From: an uncultured Actinomycetota bacterium
GTDB lineage: Bacteria; Actinomycetota; Actinomycetes; Propionibacteriales; Nocardioidaceae
Reading direction: 5' to 3'
Length of the DNA: 64,000 nt
Assembly (NCBI GenBank): GCA_963750445.1
Contig: CAVVQR010000017.1
Coordinates: 116,016 to 180,015, forward strand
The notes under the pieces are model-generated. The model was not told the DNA's origin. It saw only the letters and a program-made list of their open reading frames with translations, and did no database searches. Position 1 is the first letter of the stretch, and each line of letters starts with the position of its first letter. The translations under genes and the position numbers were made by a program. This document shows positions 1 through 8,526 of the stretch, in pieces.

Positions 1-212
1 CGGTCGTCGAGGCCAGTGGTGAGGAACTCCACCAGCTCGCCGTCACCGCCGATGACGCCCAGTGCTCCGTAGCGCGCACCGGTCAGCGCCGTCGCTGCCT
101 CGACGATGCGGGTCAGCACGCTGGCCAGGTCGAGGTCGCTGGAGATCGCGGTCACGGCCTCGAGCAGCAGGCGGGCGTCGGCACCGAGGTCCGGGGCTGG
201 AGTGGGCGTCAC
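1..212 (-). CDS. GAF-domain sensor histidine kinase, DosS/DevS-like (N-terminal part; continues beyond window start)
   Basis: Manual translation from GTG at 212: VTPTPAPDLGADARLLLEAVTAISSDLDLASVLTRIVEAATALTGARYGALGVIGGDGELVEFLTTG, the typical start of the DosS/DosT GAF-A domain; start overlaps the upstream stop codon. Confidence 0.8.
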   Translation of the reverse strand, partial: MTPTPAPDLGADARLLLEAVTAISSDLDLASVLTRIVEAATALTGARYGALGVIGGDGELVEFLTTGLDD

Positions 213-688
213 GGGCACAGTCTGGCGGGTCCGGCTCCGTCGCGGGTCACGCCAGCCGGTGCACCGGCAGGTGCTGCCAGCGGGTCCCAGTCGGCGCCGA
301 GCCGGCGACCGGTCACCTCGGACCACGGGATCCGTACGACGAGGTGGCGCTGGCCCGCGGCCCACGGGCGCGGTGCCCAGGTCCGGATGATCTCGGCGAG
401 CTCCTCCTGGTCGTCGACGAAGGCGGCCCGGCCACGCACCACGACGCTCCAGCCGCGCTCGAGCTCGTGGTCGAGCTGGTCCACCTCGAAGCACAGCTGC
501 GCGTCGCGGCCGTAGGTCCCCAGCAGGCTGTACGCCGCGGTGCGGAGCAGGATCGACTCGCCGTGGACCGCGTAGTTGACCGGCACGATGTGCGGTCCCG
601 TCGGCGTACCGAGAGCGACCCGACCGGCCACGCCGGCGTTGAGCAGGCGGGCGCAGTCCTGACGGGAGAGGTCGACGGTGGTGTGCAT
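209..688 (-). CDS. Pyridoxamine 5'-phosphate oxidase-family (split-barrel flavin-binding) protein
   Basis: Motifs GRVAL, PHIVPVNY, FEVD, GWSVVVRG; GGAGG RBS upstream; family commonly in DosR regulons. Confidence 0.85.
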   Translation of the reverse strand: MHTTVDLSRQDCARLLNAGVAGRVALGTPTGPHIVPVNYAVHGESILLRTAAYSLLGTYGRDAQLCFEVDQLDHELERGWSVVVRGRAAFVDDQEELAEIIRTWAPRPWAAGQRHLVVRIPWSEVTGRRLGADWDPLAAPAGAPAGVTRDGAGPARLCP

Positions 689-742
689 GGGGAGCCTCCT
701 TCGGCTGGGCTCCCAGCCTCCCTCCGCGTGCGCGGCGCGGGC

Positions 743-781
743 AGGGTCGAAGGTCCCGAAGCCGCAGGGCCGGTCTTCGAG
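743..781. promoter_or_regulatory. DosR/OsdR-type operator (one full site plus one half site)
   Basis: AGGGTCGAAGGTCCCG (743-758) and AGGGCCGGTC (766-775) resemble the OsdR/DosR palindrome AGGGCCGATCGGCCCT; located upstream of the pyridoxamine-oxidase/DosS-like operon. Confidence 0.7.
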
Positions 782-819
782 TGCGCTCGACGTTGACGGC
801 CCGGTCTAGCGTGGAGGTC

Positions 820-2247
820 GTGACGGACCCGACCCAGCAGCAGACGCAGACGCAGACTCAGACCCAGCACCCCGAAGCCAGCACCGTCGGCCAGCTCCGC
901 GCGAGCGGCCACGAGCTCAGGACGCTCCGGCAGGAGCTCCGCGACAACCTGCTCGCGCGACTGCGCGCGGGCGAGGACCCGTGGCCGGGCCTGCACGGCT
1001 TCTCCGAGACGGTGATCCCGCAGGTCGAGCGGGCGCTGCTCGCCGGGCACGACATCGTGCTGCTGGGTGAGCGCGGCCAGGGCAAGACCCGGCTGCTGCG
1101 CTCGCTGGTCGGCCTGCTCGACGAGTGGACTCCCGTCATCTCCGGCTCCGAGCTCGGGGAGCACCCCTACGAGCCGATCACGGTCACGTCCCAGCAGGCG
1201 GCAGCGACCTACGGCGACGACCTGCGCATCTCGTGGAAGCACCGCGACGAGAGGTACGCCGAGAAGCTGGCGACGCCGGACACGTCGGTCGCCGACCTGA
1301 TCGGCGACGTCGACCCCATGAAGGTGGCCGAGGGGCGTCACCTCGGCGACCCGGAGACCATCCACTTCGGTCTGATCCCGCGCAGCCACCGCGGCATCGT
1401 CGCCATCAACGAGCTCCCGGACCTGGCCGAGCGGATCCAGGTCGCGATGCTCAACGTGATGGAGGAGCGTGACATCCAGATCCGCGGCTACATCCTGCGG
1501 CTGCCGCTCGACGTCCTGGTGGTCGCGAGCGCCAACCCGGAGGACTACACCAACCGCGGGCGGATCATCACGCCGCTCAAGGACCGCTTCGGCGCCGAGA
1601 TCCGCACCCACTACCCACGTGAGGTGGAGCAGGAGATCCTGGTCATCGAGCAGGAGGCCGACCTCGTCGCCGAGGTCCCGGCCTACCTCCTGGAGGTGCT
1701 GGCGCGCTTCACCCGCAACCTGCGTGAGTCGCAGGCCGTCGACCAGCGCTCGGGCGTCAGCGCCCGGTTCGCGATCGCCGGGGCCGAGACGATCGCCGCT
1801 GCCGCGCTGCACCGCGCCACGACGCAGGGCGAGGACGAGCCGGTGGCGCGCGTCGTCGACCTCGAGACCGCGGTCGACGTGCTCGGCGGCAAGATCGAGT
1901 TCGAGACGGGCGAGGAGGGCCGGGAGACCGAGATCCTCACCCACCTGCTGCGCACGGCCGTCTCCGAGACGGTGCGCGCCCACCTGGCCGGCATCGACCT
2001 GCGGCTGCTCGTCGACGCGATCGAGGAGGGCGCGATGGTGAGCACCGGCGCCCGCGTCGGCGCGCGCGACTTCCTGGCCGGCCTGCCGGTGCTGGGGGAG
2101 TCCGACCTCTACGACGCGGTCTGCGACCGCCTCGGCGCGACCAACGACGGCGAGCGGGCGGCGGCGCTCGAGCTCGCCCTCGAGGGCCTCTACCTCGCTC
2201 GCAAGATCGGCAAGGACACCGACGCCGGGGAGACCGTCTATGGCTGA
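820..2247 (+). CDS. AAA+ ATPase, Mg-chelatase/MoxR-like (Rv0958-like)
   Basis: Walker A GERGQGKT, degenerate Walker B AINELPDL, ASANPEDY, LKDRFG; TAGCGT -10 lies 7 nt before GTG 820. Confidence 0.88.
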   Translation: MTDPTQQQTQTQTQTQHPEASTVGQLRASGHELRTLRQELRDNLLARLRAGEDPWPGLHGFSETVIPQVERALLAGHDIVLLGERGQGKTRLLRSLVGLLDEWTPVISGSELGEHPYEPITVTSQQAAATYGDDLRISWKHRDERYAEKLATPDTSVADLIGDVDPMKVAEGRHLGDPETIHFGLIPRSHRGIVAINELPDLAERIQVAMLNVMEERDIQIRGYILRLPLDVLVVASANPEDYTNRGRIITPLKDRFGAEIRTHYPREVEQEILVIEQEADLVAEVPAYLLEVLARFTRNLRESQAVDQRSGVSARFAIAGAETIAAAALHRATTQGEDEPVARVVDLETAVDVLGGKIEFETGEEGRETEILTHLLRTAVSETVRAHLAGIDLRLLVDAIEEGAMVSTGARVGARDFLAGLPVLGESDLYDAVCDRLGATNDGERAAALELALEGLYLARKIGKDTDAGETVYG

Positions 2248-2755
2248 TGTCCTGGTCCGGCCGGGCACGGCGGCCGACATCCCGGCGTTCCGCGCCCTCG
2301 GCGAGGCGGTGGTCCCGCCGACCTACGGCCCGATCGACGCGGCGTACGCCCAGCGGATGCTCGACGAGTGGTGGACGCCCGAGGTGTTCGCGACGTCGCT
2401 CGAGCGCAACGCGCACCTCGTCGCCGTGCGCGACGGCGAGGTGGTCGCGCTGGCCAACCTCGGACGCGTCTCCGCCTCCTACCGCGACTTCCCGTCCGTC
2501 ACCGAGGACCGCGAGGTGATGTGGAAGCTCTACGTCCACCCCGAGCACCAGGGTGCCGGGATCGGGCGCCGACTGCTCGCCGAGATCGAGTCGATGGTCG
2601 AGGGCGACGAGCTCTGGCTCGAGGTCGTCGACGGCAACCAGCAGGCCTACGACTTCTACCTCGGCTGCGGCTTCGACGAGGTCGAGCGGGTCGCGGACGA
2701 CCAGTGGCCCGCCGACATCTGGATGAGGAAGACCCTTGTGAAGGACCCCGCATGA
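2240..2755 (+). CDS. GNAT family N-acetyltransferase
   Basis: KLYVHPEHQGAGIGRRLL acetyl-CoA motif, NQQAYDFY..CGF; overlaps both neighbours. Confidence 0.85.
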   Translation: MADVLVRPGTAADIPAFRALGEAVVPPTYGPIDAAYAQRMLDEWWTPEVFATSLERNAHLVAVRDGEVVALANLGRVSASYRDFPSVTEDREVMWKLYVHPEHQGAGIGRRLLAEIESMVEGDELWLEVVDGNQQAYDFYLGCGFDEVERVADDQWPADIWMRKTLVKDPA

Positions 2756-4785
2756 GTCGCTACCAGCTCTACGACGGCGGCGACCCGCTGGCGCCGCCCG
2801 TCGACCTCGCCGAGGCGCTCGACGCCATCGGCCAGGACGTGATGGCCGGCTACTCGCCCGAGCACGCGATGCGCGAGTTCCTGCGCCGCGGCAGCAACGA
2901 CCAGGCCGGGCTCGACGAGCTCGGACGGCGGGTGGCCGAGCGCCGGCGCGAGATCCTCCAGCGCAACAACCTCGACGGCACCATGCAGGAGGTCCGCGAG
3001 CTCCTCGACAAGGCGCTGCTCGCCGAGCGTGGTCAGCTCGCCCGCGACATCACGATGGACGACGGCGACCGCGAGTTCCGCGAGATGGTGCTGGACAACC
3101 TGCCGTCCTCCACCGCGTCCGCGGTGAGCGAGCTGTCGTCCTACGACTGGCAGTCCTCGGAGGCGCGCGAGGCCTACGAGGAGATCAAGGACCTGCTCGG
3201 CCGCGAGCTGCTCGACCAGCGCTTCGCCGGCATGAAGCAGGCGCTCGAGGGTGCGACCGAGGAGGACCGGGCTGCGGTCGCGGAGATGCTGTCCGACCTC
3301 AACGACCTGCTCGAGAAGCACGCGTCCGGAGCCGACACCGACGACGACTTCGCCGAGTTCATGGACAAGCACGGGGACTTCTTTCCCGAGAACCCCCAGG
3401 ACATGGACGAGCTGCTCGACTCGCTCGCCCAGCGTGCCGCGGCTGCCCAGCGGATGCTGAACTCGATGTCCGAGGAGCAGCGCCAGGAGCTGATGGAGCT
3501 GTCCCAGCAGGCGTTCGGCTCACCGCAGCTGACCGAGCAGCTGGCCCGGATGGACGCCAACCTGCAGGCGCTGCGGCCGGGCGAGGACTGGTCGGGGTCG
3601 GAGAGCTTCGAGGGTGACCAGGGGATGGGCCTCGGTGACGGCACCGGGGCGCTCCAGGACCTGGCGCAGCTCGACGCGCTCGCCGACCAGCTGGCCCAGT
3701 CGCACCACGGCGCCCGGCTCGACGACGTCGACCTCGACGCCCTGGCCGGGCAGCTCGGACCCGAGGCGGCGGTCGCTGCGAAGACCCTGCAGGAGCTGGA
3801 GCAGGCCCTGCGCGACAGCGGCTACCTCAAGCGCGGCTCCGACGGCGAGCTGCGGCTCTCGCCCAAGGCGATGCGCCAGCTCGGCAAGGCCCTGCTGCGC
3901 GACGTGGCCGACCGGATGAGCGGTCGCTCCGGCGCCCGCGAGACGCGTACGACGGGACTGGCGGGCGAGTCCACGGGCTCGAGCCGCCGGTGGGAGTTCG
4001 GCGACACCGAGCCCTGGGACGTGCCCCGCACGATCACCAACGCGGTGCTGCGCGATCCGCAGGCTTTCGGTGGTCGAGCAGCCGGTGAGGGACGAGCCGG
4101 CGTGTCGAGACTGCGGCTCCAGGTGGACGACATCGAGGTGATGGAGACCGAGGCCCGCACCCAGGCGGCGGTGGCGCTGCTGGTCGACACGTCCTTCTCG
4201 ATGGCGATGGACGGTCGCTGGGTGCCGATGAAGCGCACCGCGCTGGCGCTGCACCAGCTGATCCGCTCGCGCTTCCGCGGCGACGACATCCAGCTGATCG
4301 CCTTCGGTCGCCACGCGCAGGTGATGGAGATCGAGGAGCTGACCGCGCTGGACGCCCGCTGGGACAAGGGCACCAACCTCCACCACGGGCTGCTGCTGGC
4401 CAACCGCTTCTTCCGCAAGCACCCCAACGCCCAGCCCGTGCTGCTCGTCGTGACCGACGGCGAGCCCACCGCGCACCTCGAGCCGGACGGTGAGGTCTGG
4501 TTCTCCTACCCGCCGCACCCGTTGACCATCGCCCACTCGGTGCGCGAGCTCGACGCGGCCGCCCGGCTCGGGGCGCAGACGACGTTCTTCCGGCTCGGCG
4601 AGGACCCCGGTCTGGCCCGCTTCATCGACTCGATGGCCCGTCGGGTCGACGGCCGGATGGTGAGCCCCGAGCTCGACGACCTCGGCGCCGCGGTGGTCGG
4701 GTCCTACCTCGGCTCGCGCAGTCCCGCGTCGTCCTACCGCGAGCACTTCGGGGACTGGGCCGGCGGACGGGGCTTCTGGGTCTGA
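2752..4785 (+). CDS. VWA domain-containing protein (Rv0959-like), partner of the AAA+ ATPase
   Basis: MIDAS motif DTSFSM, GTNLHHGL, VVTDGEPTAH; ATG 2752 overlaps the GNAT stop. Confidence 0.88.
   Translation: MSRYQLYDGGDPLAPPVDLAEALDAIGQDVMAGYSPEHAMREFLRRGSNDQAGLDELGRRVAERRREILQRNNLDGTMQEVRELLDKALLAERGQLARDITMDDGDREFREMVLDNLPSSTASAVSELSSYDWQSSEAREAYEEIKDLLGRELLDQRFAGMKQALEGATEEDRAAVAEMLSDLNDLLEKHASGADTDDDFAEFMDKHGDFFPENPQDMDELLDSLAQRAAAAQRMLNSMSEEQRQELMELSQQAFGSPQLTEQLARMDANLQALRPGEDWSGSESFEGDQGMGLGDGTGALQDLAQLDALADQLAQSHHGARLDDVDLDALAGQLGPEAAVAAKTLQELEQALRDSGYLKRGSDGELRLSPKAMRQLGKALLRDVADRMSGRSGARETRTTGLAGESTGSSRRWEFGDTEPWDVPRTITNAVLRDPQAFGGRAAGEGRAGVSRLRLQVDDIEVMETEARTQAAVALLVDTSFSMAMDGRWVPMKRTALALHQLIRSRFRGDDIQLIAFGRHAQVMEIEELTALDARWDKGTNLHHGLLLANRFFRKHPNAQPVLLVVTDGEPTAHLEPDGEVWFSYPPHPLTIAHSVRELDAAARLGAQTTFFRLGEDPGLARFIDSMARRVDGRMVSPELDDLGAAVVGSYLGSRSPASSYREHFGDWAGGRGFWV
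4068..4111 (+). repeat. REP-like palindromic element inside the VWA coding sequence
   Basis: CGGTGGTCGAGCAGCCGGTGAGGGACGAGCCGGCGTGTCGAGAC; shares ends with the intergenic element at 49925-49964; internal CCGG...CCGG stem. Confidence 0.55.
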
Positions 4786-4822
4786 CTGGGTCGTGCCAGT
4801 TTCAGCGTGATTGGCTGAGGCC

Positions 4823-5299
4823 ATGACCGACCAGCTGACTGCACGCCGCTTCATCGAGGCCGACCCGGCCGCCATCTTCGCCGTGCTGCGCGACCCCGAG
4901 GGCCACGTGGACATCGATGCGTCCGGGATGCTCCAGGCCGCAGACGGCCCGACGGTCGGGGCAGTCGGGGACAGGTTCACCGTCCACATGGACCGTGATG
5001 CGTTGGGTGACCTGCCGATGGGACGCTACGTCGTGGACGTGGTCATCGACCGCTTCGATCTCGACCGCGAGATCGCGTGGTGGATCGACGGAACGATCCA
5101 ACCACCGATCGGCCACACCTACGCCTACCTGCTCGAGGCCGGGGAGCTGGAAGGTCGTCTCGGCACCTGGGTGACCTCGGTCTACGACTGGTCCGGCGTC
5201 AACGACGACTGGCGACCGATCTTCCCCGTGATCGACCAGCCTGCCCTCCGCGCCACGCTCGGCATCCTCGATCGGGTCGTACGTCGCAGGAGTCAGTGA
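4823..5299 (+). CDS. SRPBCC/polyketide cyclase-family protein
   Basis: ARRFIEADPAAIFAVLRDPEGHVDIDASGML...VGDRFTVHM...VTSVYDWS. Confidence 0.75.
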   Translation: MTDQLTARRFIEADPAAIFAVLRDPEGHVDIDASGMLQAADGPTVGAVGDRFTVHMDRDALGDLPMGRYVVDVVIDRFDLDREIAWWIDGTIQPPIGHTYAYLLEAGELEGRLGTWVTSVYDWSGVNDDWRPIFPVIDQPALRATLGILDRVVRRRSQ

Positions 5300-5712
5300 C
5301 CGGCAGCGGCCTCGAGCATCCGGAGCAGCTCCGCTCCCATGTGCTCGATCACGGCCTGGAGTGCCTTGGCCGGGCGCACCATCACGGTGAAGTCGACGAT
5401 CTGGCCGTCCACGTCCCACGTGATCATGTCGACGCCGGAGACGTCGAGGCCGCCGACCACCGTACGGAACTCGAGCACGGCCGAGTCCTCGCCGAGCCAC
5501 TCGCGCACGTAGGACAGCTCCGGGCCGAGGACGCTGAAGGCGGCGGTGAGGTAGCCGACGACGGTGTCGCGCCCGGCCTGGGGCGTGTGCACCGCCGGGC
5601 TGCGGAAGACGGCGTCCTCGGCGATCAGTGCCGGGAGACCGGCGGGGTCGCGGCTCTCGACGACGGCGTGCCAGCGGGCCAGAGCCTGCTGCGAGGTGGT
5701 GGCGGCATCCAT
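5293..5712 (-). CDS. NTF2/SnoaL-like protein
   Basis: LIAEDAVFRSP, GVDMITW, DFTVMVRP. Confidence 0.85.
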   Translation of the reverse strand: MDAATTSQQALARWHAVVESRDPAGLPALIAEDAVFRSPAVHTPQAGRDTVVGYLTAAFSVLGPELSYVREWLGEDSAVLEFRTVVGGLDVSGVDMITWDVDGQIVDFTVMVRPAKALQAVIEHMGAELLRMLEAAAGH

Positions 5713-5738
5713 GAGCGCAGTCTGGCAGGGTCTGCCCC

Positions 5739-6974
5739 GTGGACCTGCGTGCGCTGCCCCGCGTCGTGTGGGCGCTTGCGGCGGCCAGGTTCGTCTCGTC
5801 GGCGGCGTCCTTCACGATGCTCTACCTCACGCTCTACCTCACCGGGCCGCGCGACCTGGGGACGGCGGCCGCGGGCCTGCTGGCAGGCTCCGTGGGAGTC
5901 GGCATGCTGGCCGGCAACTTCACGGGCGGGCGCTGGGGAGACCGCTACGGGCACCGGCGGGTGCTGCTGACCGCGAGCTCGGTCGGAGGCCTGATGCTGG
6001 TCGCGGTCCCGTTCGTGCCGGTGAGCGTGCTCGTCGTCCTCCTGCCCGTGCAGGCCTACCTGATGGCGACCGGGTCGGTCTCCGCCGGAGCCCTGTCCGC
6101 CCTCGCGGTGCCGCGCGGTCAGCGGCGTACGTCCGTCGCGGTCGGCCGGGCCGCCTCCAACGCCGGATTCGTGCTCGGGCCTCCACTGGGTGCCCTCCTG
6201 GTGACGTGGAGCTACGACGCGCTGTTCGTCGTCGACGGGCTGGCCGTGATCGCGGTCCGGTTCGCGCTGAGCCGGGTGCTTCCACCCACGACGCCGGGCG
6301 CCGGTGGTGCCGGGGAGCGGGGTCACGGCCTGTTGCGCGCGGTGCGGGCCGACCGGGGTCTGGTGGTGCTGCTCGTCGGCGTGGTGCTGGTCGACATGGT
6401 CTACCGCCAGCTCTACTCCACGCTCCCGCTCCACCTGCGCGACTCCGGCGAGCCCGTGTGGTTGTACGCCGTCGTGATCGCGCTCGGCTCGGGACTGATC
6501 CTGGTGCTGGAGATCCCGGTGACCCAGTGGCTGCAGGGCCGGGGTGCGTTCGGCGTGATCGCCGCGGGCTATGCCCTGGTGGGAGTGGGGACGGCGATGT
6601 TCGCCCTGCCGGTCTCGGCAGCCGCGGTGCTGGTGGCGATGGTCGTTCTCACTGCGGGCGAGATCCTCTACAAGACGACGGCGACCGCCCACGTCCTCGA
6701 CCAGGCTCCCGATCACCTCGTCGGGCAGTACCAGGGCCTCTACACGGGCGCCGCCACGAGCGGGACCCTCGTCGCCGCGCCGGTGGGCACCGCGATCTAC
6801 GCGGCCGCCCCCGACCTGCTCTGGCCGGTCATGGCCGTGGTGGCCTTCACGGCCGCAGCCTTCGTCCTCGCCGCACGAAGGCTCGCCTCCGACCAGCGGA
6901 TCAGGCCTCGGCGAAGCCGGGCAGGGACTCGTCGAGGATCTCGCGGAAGGGCACGGTGGCGCCGAGCTGGCTGA
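5739..6974 (+). CDS. MFS transporter
   Basis: About 12 hydrophobic segments, motif A GGRWGDRYGHRRVL, GPPLG; 3' end overlaps the convergent kinase, so the true end is uncertain. Confidence 0.85.
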   Translation: MDLRALPRVVWALAAARFVSSAASFTMLYLTLYLTGPRDLGTAAAGLLAGSVGVGMLAGNFTGGRWGDRYGHRRVLLTASSVGGLMLVAVPFVPVSVLVVLLPVQAYLMATGSVSAGALSALAVPRGQRRTSVAVGRAASNAGFVLGPPLGALLVTWSYDALFVVDGLAVIAVRFALSRVLPPTTPGAGGAGERGHGLLRAVRADRGLVVLLVGVVLVDMVYRQLYSTLPLHLRDSGEPVWLYAVVIALGSGLILVLEIPVTQWLQGRGAFGVIAAGYALVGVGTAMFALPVSAAAVLVAMVVLTAGEILYKTTATAHVLDQAPDHLVGQYQGLYTGAATSGTLVAAPVGTAIYAAAPDLLWPVMAVVAFTAAAFVLAARRLASDQRIRPRRSRAGTRRGSRGRARWRRAG

Positions 6975-8259
6975 GCAGCCCGATGCCGCCGAGCCAGGTG
7001 CGGTGGATGAGGAGGTAGGACGTCGGCAGGTTGAGGCGGGTGGCGAGGGTGAACGTCTCGGCGCGCGGGTCGTTGACCCGCTCGAACTGCTCACGCATCC
7101 ACTCGCGCGTGAAGGTGAAGCGCTCGGCGGCGAGCGGCTCCACGAAGGGGGAGAGGTAGTCCAGCACCATGCGGGCGTCCACCTCGATCCGGTCCTTGAT
7201 GAAGCCCTCCTCGCGCAGCCCGGCCACCAGCGAGTCCTGGTCGGAGTCCAGGGCGATCCGCATCAGCCGCCCCATCGCCGTGGGGAGCCGGCCGTCCTGG
7301 AGGCGTGCCACGGCACCGAAGTCGAGCACGCCCAGCCGCCCGAGCGCGCCGTCCGGGCCGGGCAGGATGCGGAAGTTGCCGGGGTGCGGGTCGGCGTGGA
7401 GCATGCCGGTGCGGCGCGGACCCTCGAAGAGGAAGCGCACGAACAGCTCGCCGTAGTGGTCGCGCTCCTCCTGCGTGCCCTCGCGGATGATGTGCGCCAG
7501 CGAGTGGGGTGACTCCATCCACTCGGTGACGAGGACCTCGCCACCGACAGCGACCACGGCCGGCACCACGATGTCGGGGTCGTCGGCGAAGGCCTCGGCG
7601 TAGGCCGCCTGCGCCTCGGCCTCGAGGGTGTAGTCGAGCTCGTCGGCGGCCCGCGCCCGGAGCTCGGCCACGAGCGGCTTGATGTCGATGCCGGGGAAGA
7701 CCGGGGCCACGCCGCGCGCGAGCCGCGCGATCTGGCGCAGGTCGCTCATCAGTGCCTCGCCGGCACCCGGGTACTGGACCTTCACCGCCACGTCGCGCTC
7801 GGCCCCGTCGGACCCGGTCGCGTGGTCGACCCACCGACCGCGGTGGACCTGGCCGATCGAGGCCGCCGCGGTCGGGGCGCCGTCGAGCCACACGAGTCGC
7901 TCCGCCCAGTCGGTGCCGAGGTGGAGGGTGAGCTGTTCGCGGACGGTCGCGGTCGGCATCGGCGGGGCCGAGTCCTGGAGTGCGGTGAGGTGCTCGCGGT
8001 AGGGGGCGGCCACGTCCTCGGGCAGCGCCGACTCGAGCACGCTGAGGGCCTGGCCGAACTTCATCGCGCCGCCCTTGAGCTCGCCCAGGGTGCGGAACAC
8101 CTGCTCGGCCGTGCGCTGCTGGACCTCGCTCAGCACCGCCTCGGCAGGCTTGCCGCCGAGACGCTTGCCGAACCCCATGGCCTGGCGTCCGGCGTAGCCC
8201 AGGGGCAGCGCTGCGAGACGTGCCGTGCGGGAGGCGGCCTTGCGCGGCAGGTCGGTCAT
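6901..8259 (-). CDS. ABC1/AarF/UbiB atypical kinase
   Basis: AAASIGQVH, VAVKVQYPG, ELDY, HADPHPGN, VLDFG. Confidence 0.93.
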   Translation of the reverse strand: MTDLPRKAASRTARLAALPLGYAGRQAMGFGKRLGGKPAEAVLSEVQQRTAEQVFRTLGELKGGAMKFGQALSVLESALPEDVAAPYREHLTALQDSAPPMPTATVREQLTLHLGTDWAERLVWLDGAPTAAASIGQVHRGRWVDHATGSDGAERDVAVKVQYPGAGEALMSDLRQIARLARGVAPVFPGIDIKPLVAELRARAADELDYTLEAEAQAAYAEAFADDPDIVVPAVVAVGGEVLVTEWMESPHSLAHIIREGTQEERDHYGELFVRFLFEGPRRTGMLHADPHPGNFRILPGPDGALGRLGVLDFGAVARLQDGRLPTAMGRLMRIALDSDQDSLVAGLREEGFIKDRIEVDARMVLDYLSPFVEPLAAERFTFTREWMREQFERVNDPRAETFTLATRLNLPTSYLLIHRTWLGGIGLLSQLGATVPFREILDESLPGFAEA

Positions 8260-8319
8260 GACACCAGTGTCCCCCCGGGGGGCAATCCGGTTGACGCCGC
8301 GTCACGAACAGGGGAGTGA

Positions 8320-8490
8320 TCGGGCCTGCGACCGGTCGCGTGACCTGTCGCCCGCTGCGTCGTTGAAGCGGGTGGGAACGTCCGCGCGAACCGCGGCAGA
8401 CCCACCAGGACCTCCAGGGGGAGGAGCCACCGCGCGACAGGGGTGCGGTGCGAAGGACGGGCGGGAGTCCCAGACTCCCGCCCGTCTGCT
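8320..8490 (+). ncRNA. Candidate structured small RNA (multi-branch fold plus terminator)
   Basis: Closing helix CCTGTCGC(8344-8351)/GCGACAGG(8434-8441) encloses three stems; TTGACG at 8291; 14-bp terminal hairpin; no convincing CDS; family not recognised. Confidence 0.4.
8456..8486. terminator. Perfect 14-bp hairpin, probable intrinsic terminator
   Basis: GACGGGCGGGAGTC-CCA-GACTCCCGCCCGTC. Confidence 0.7.
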
Positions 8491-8526
8491 CTGTCAGGGT
8501 GGGAGTCGGGCCAGGGTCAGCCGGGA

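Noticed and set aside
8370-8410. Cobalamin riboswitch resemblance (GGGAA...GCGAA...CCC)
   Set aside because: No GCCACTG or B12 box and no downstream gene on that strand; kept only as an unassigned RNA candidate
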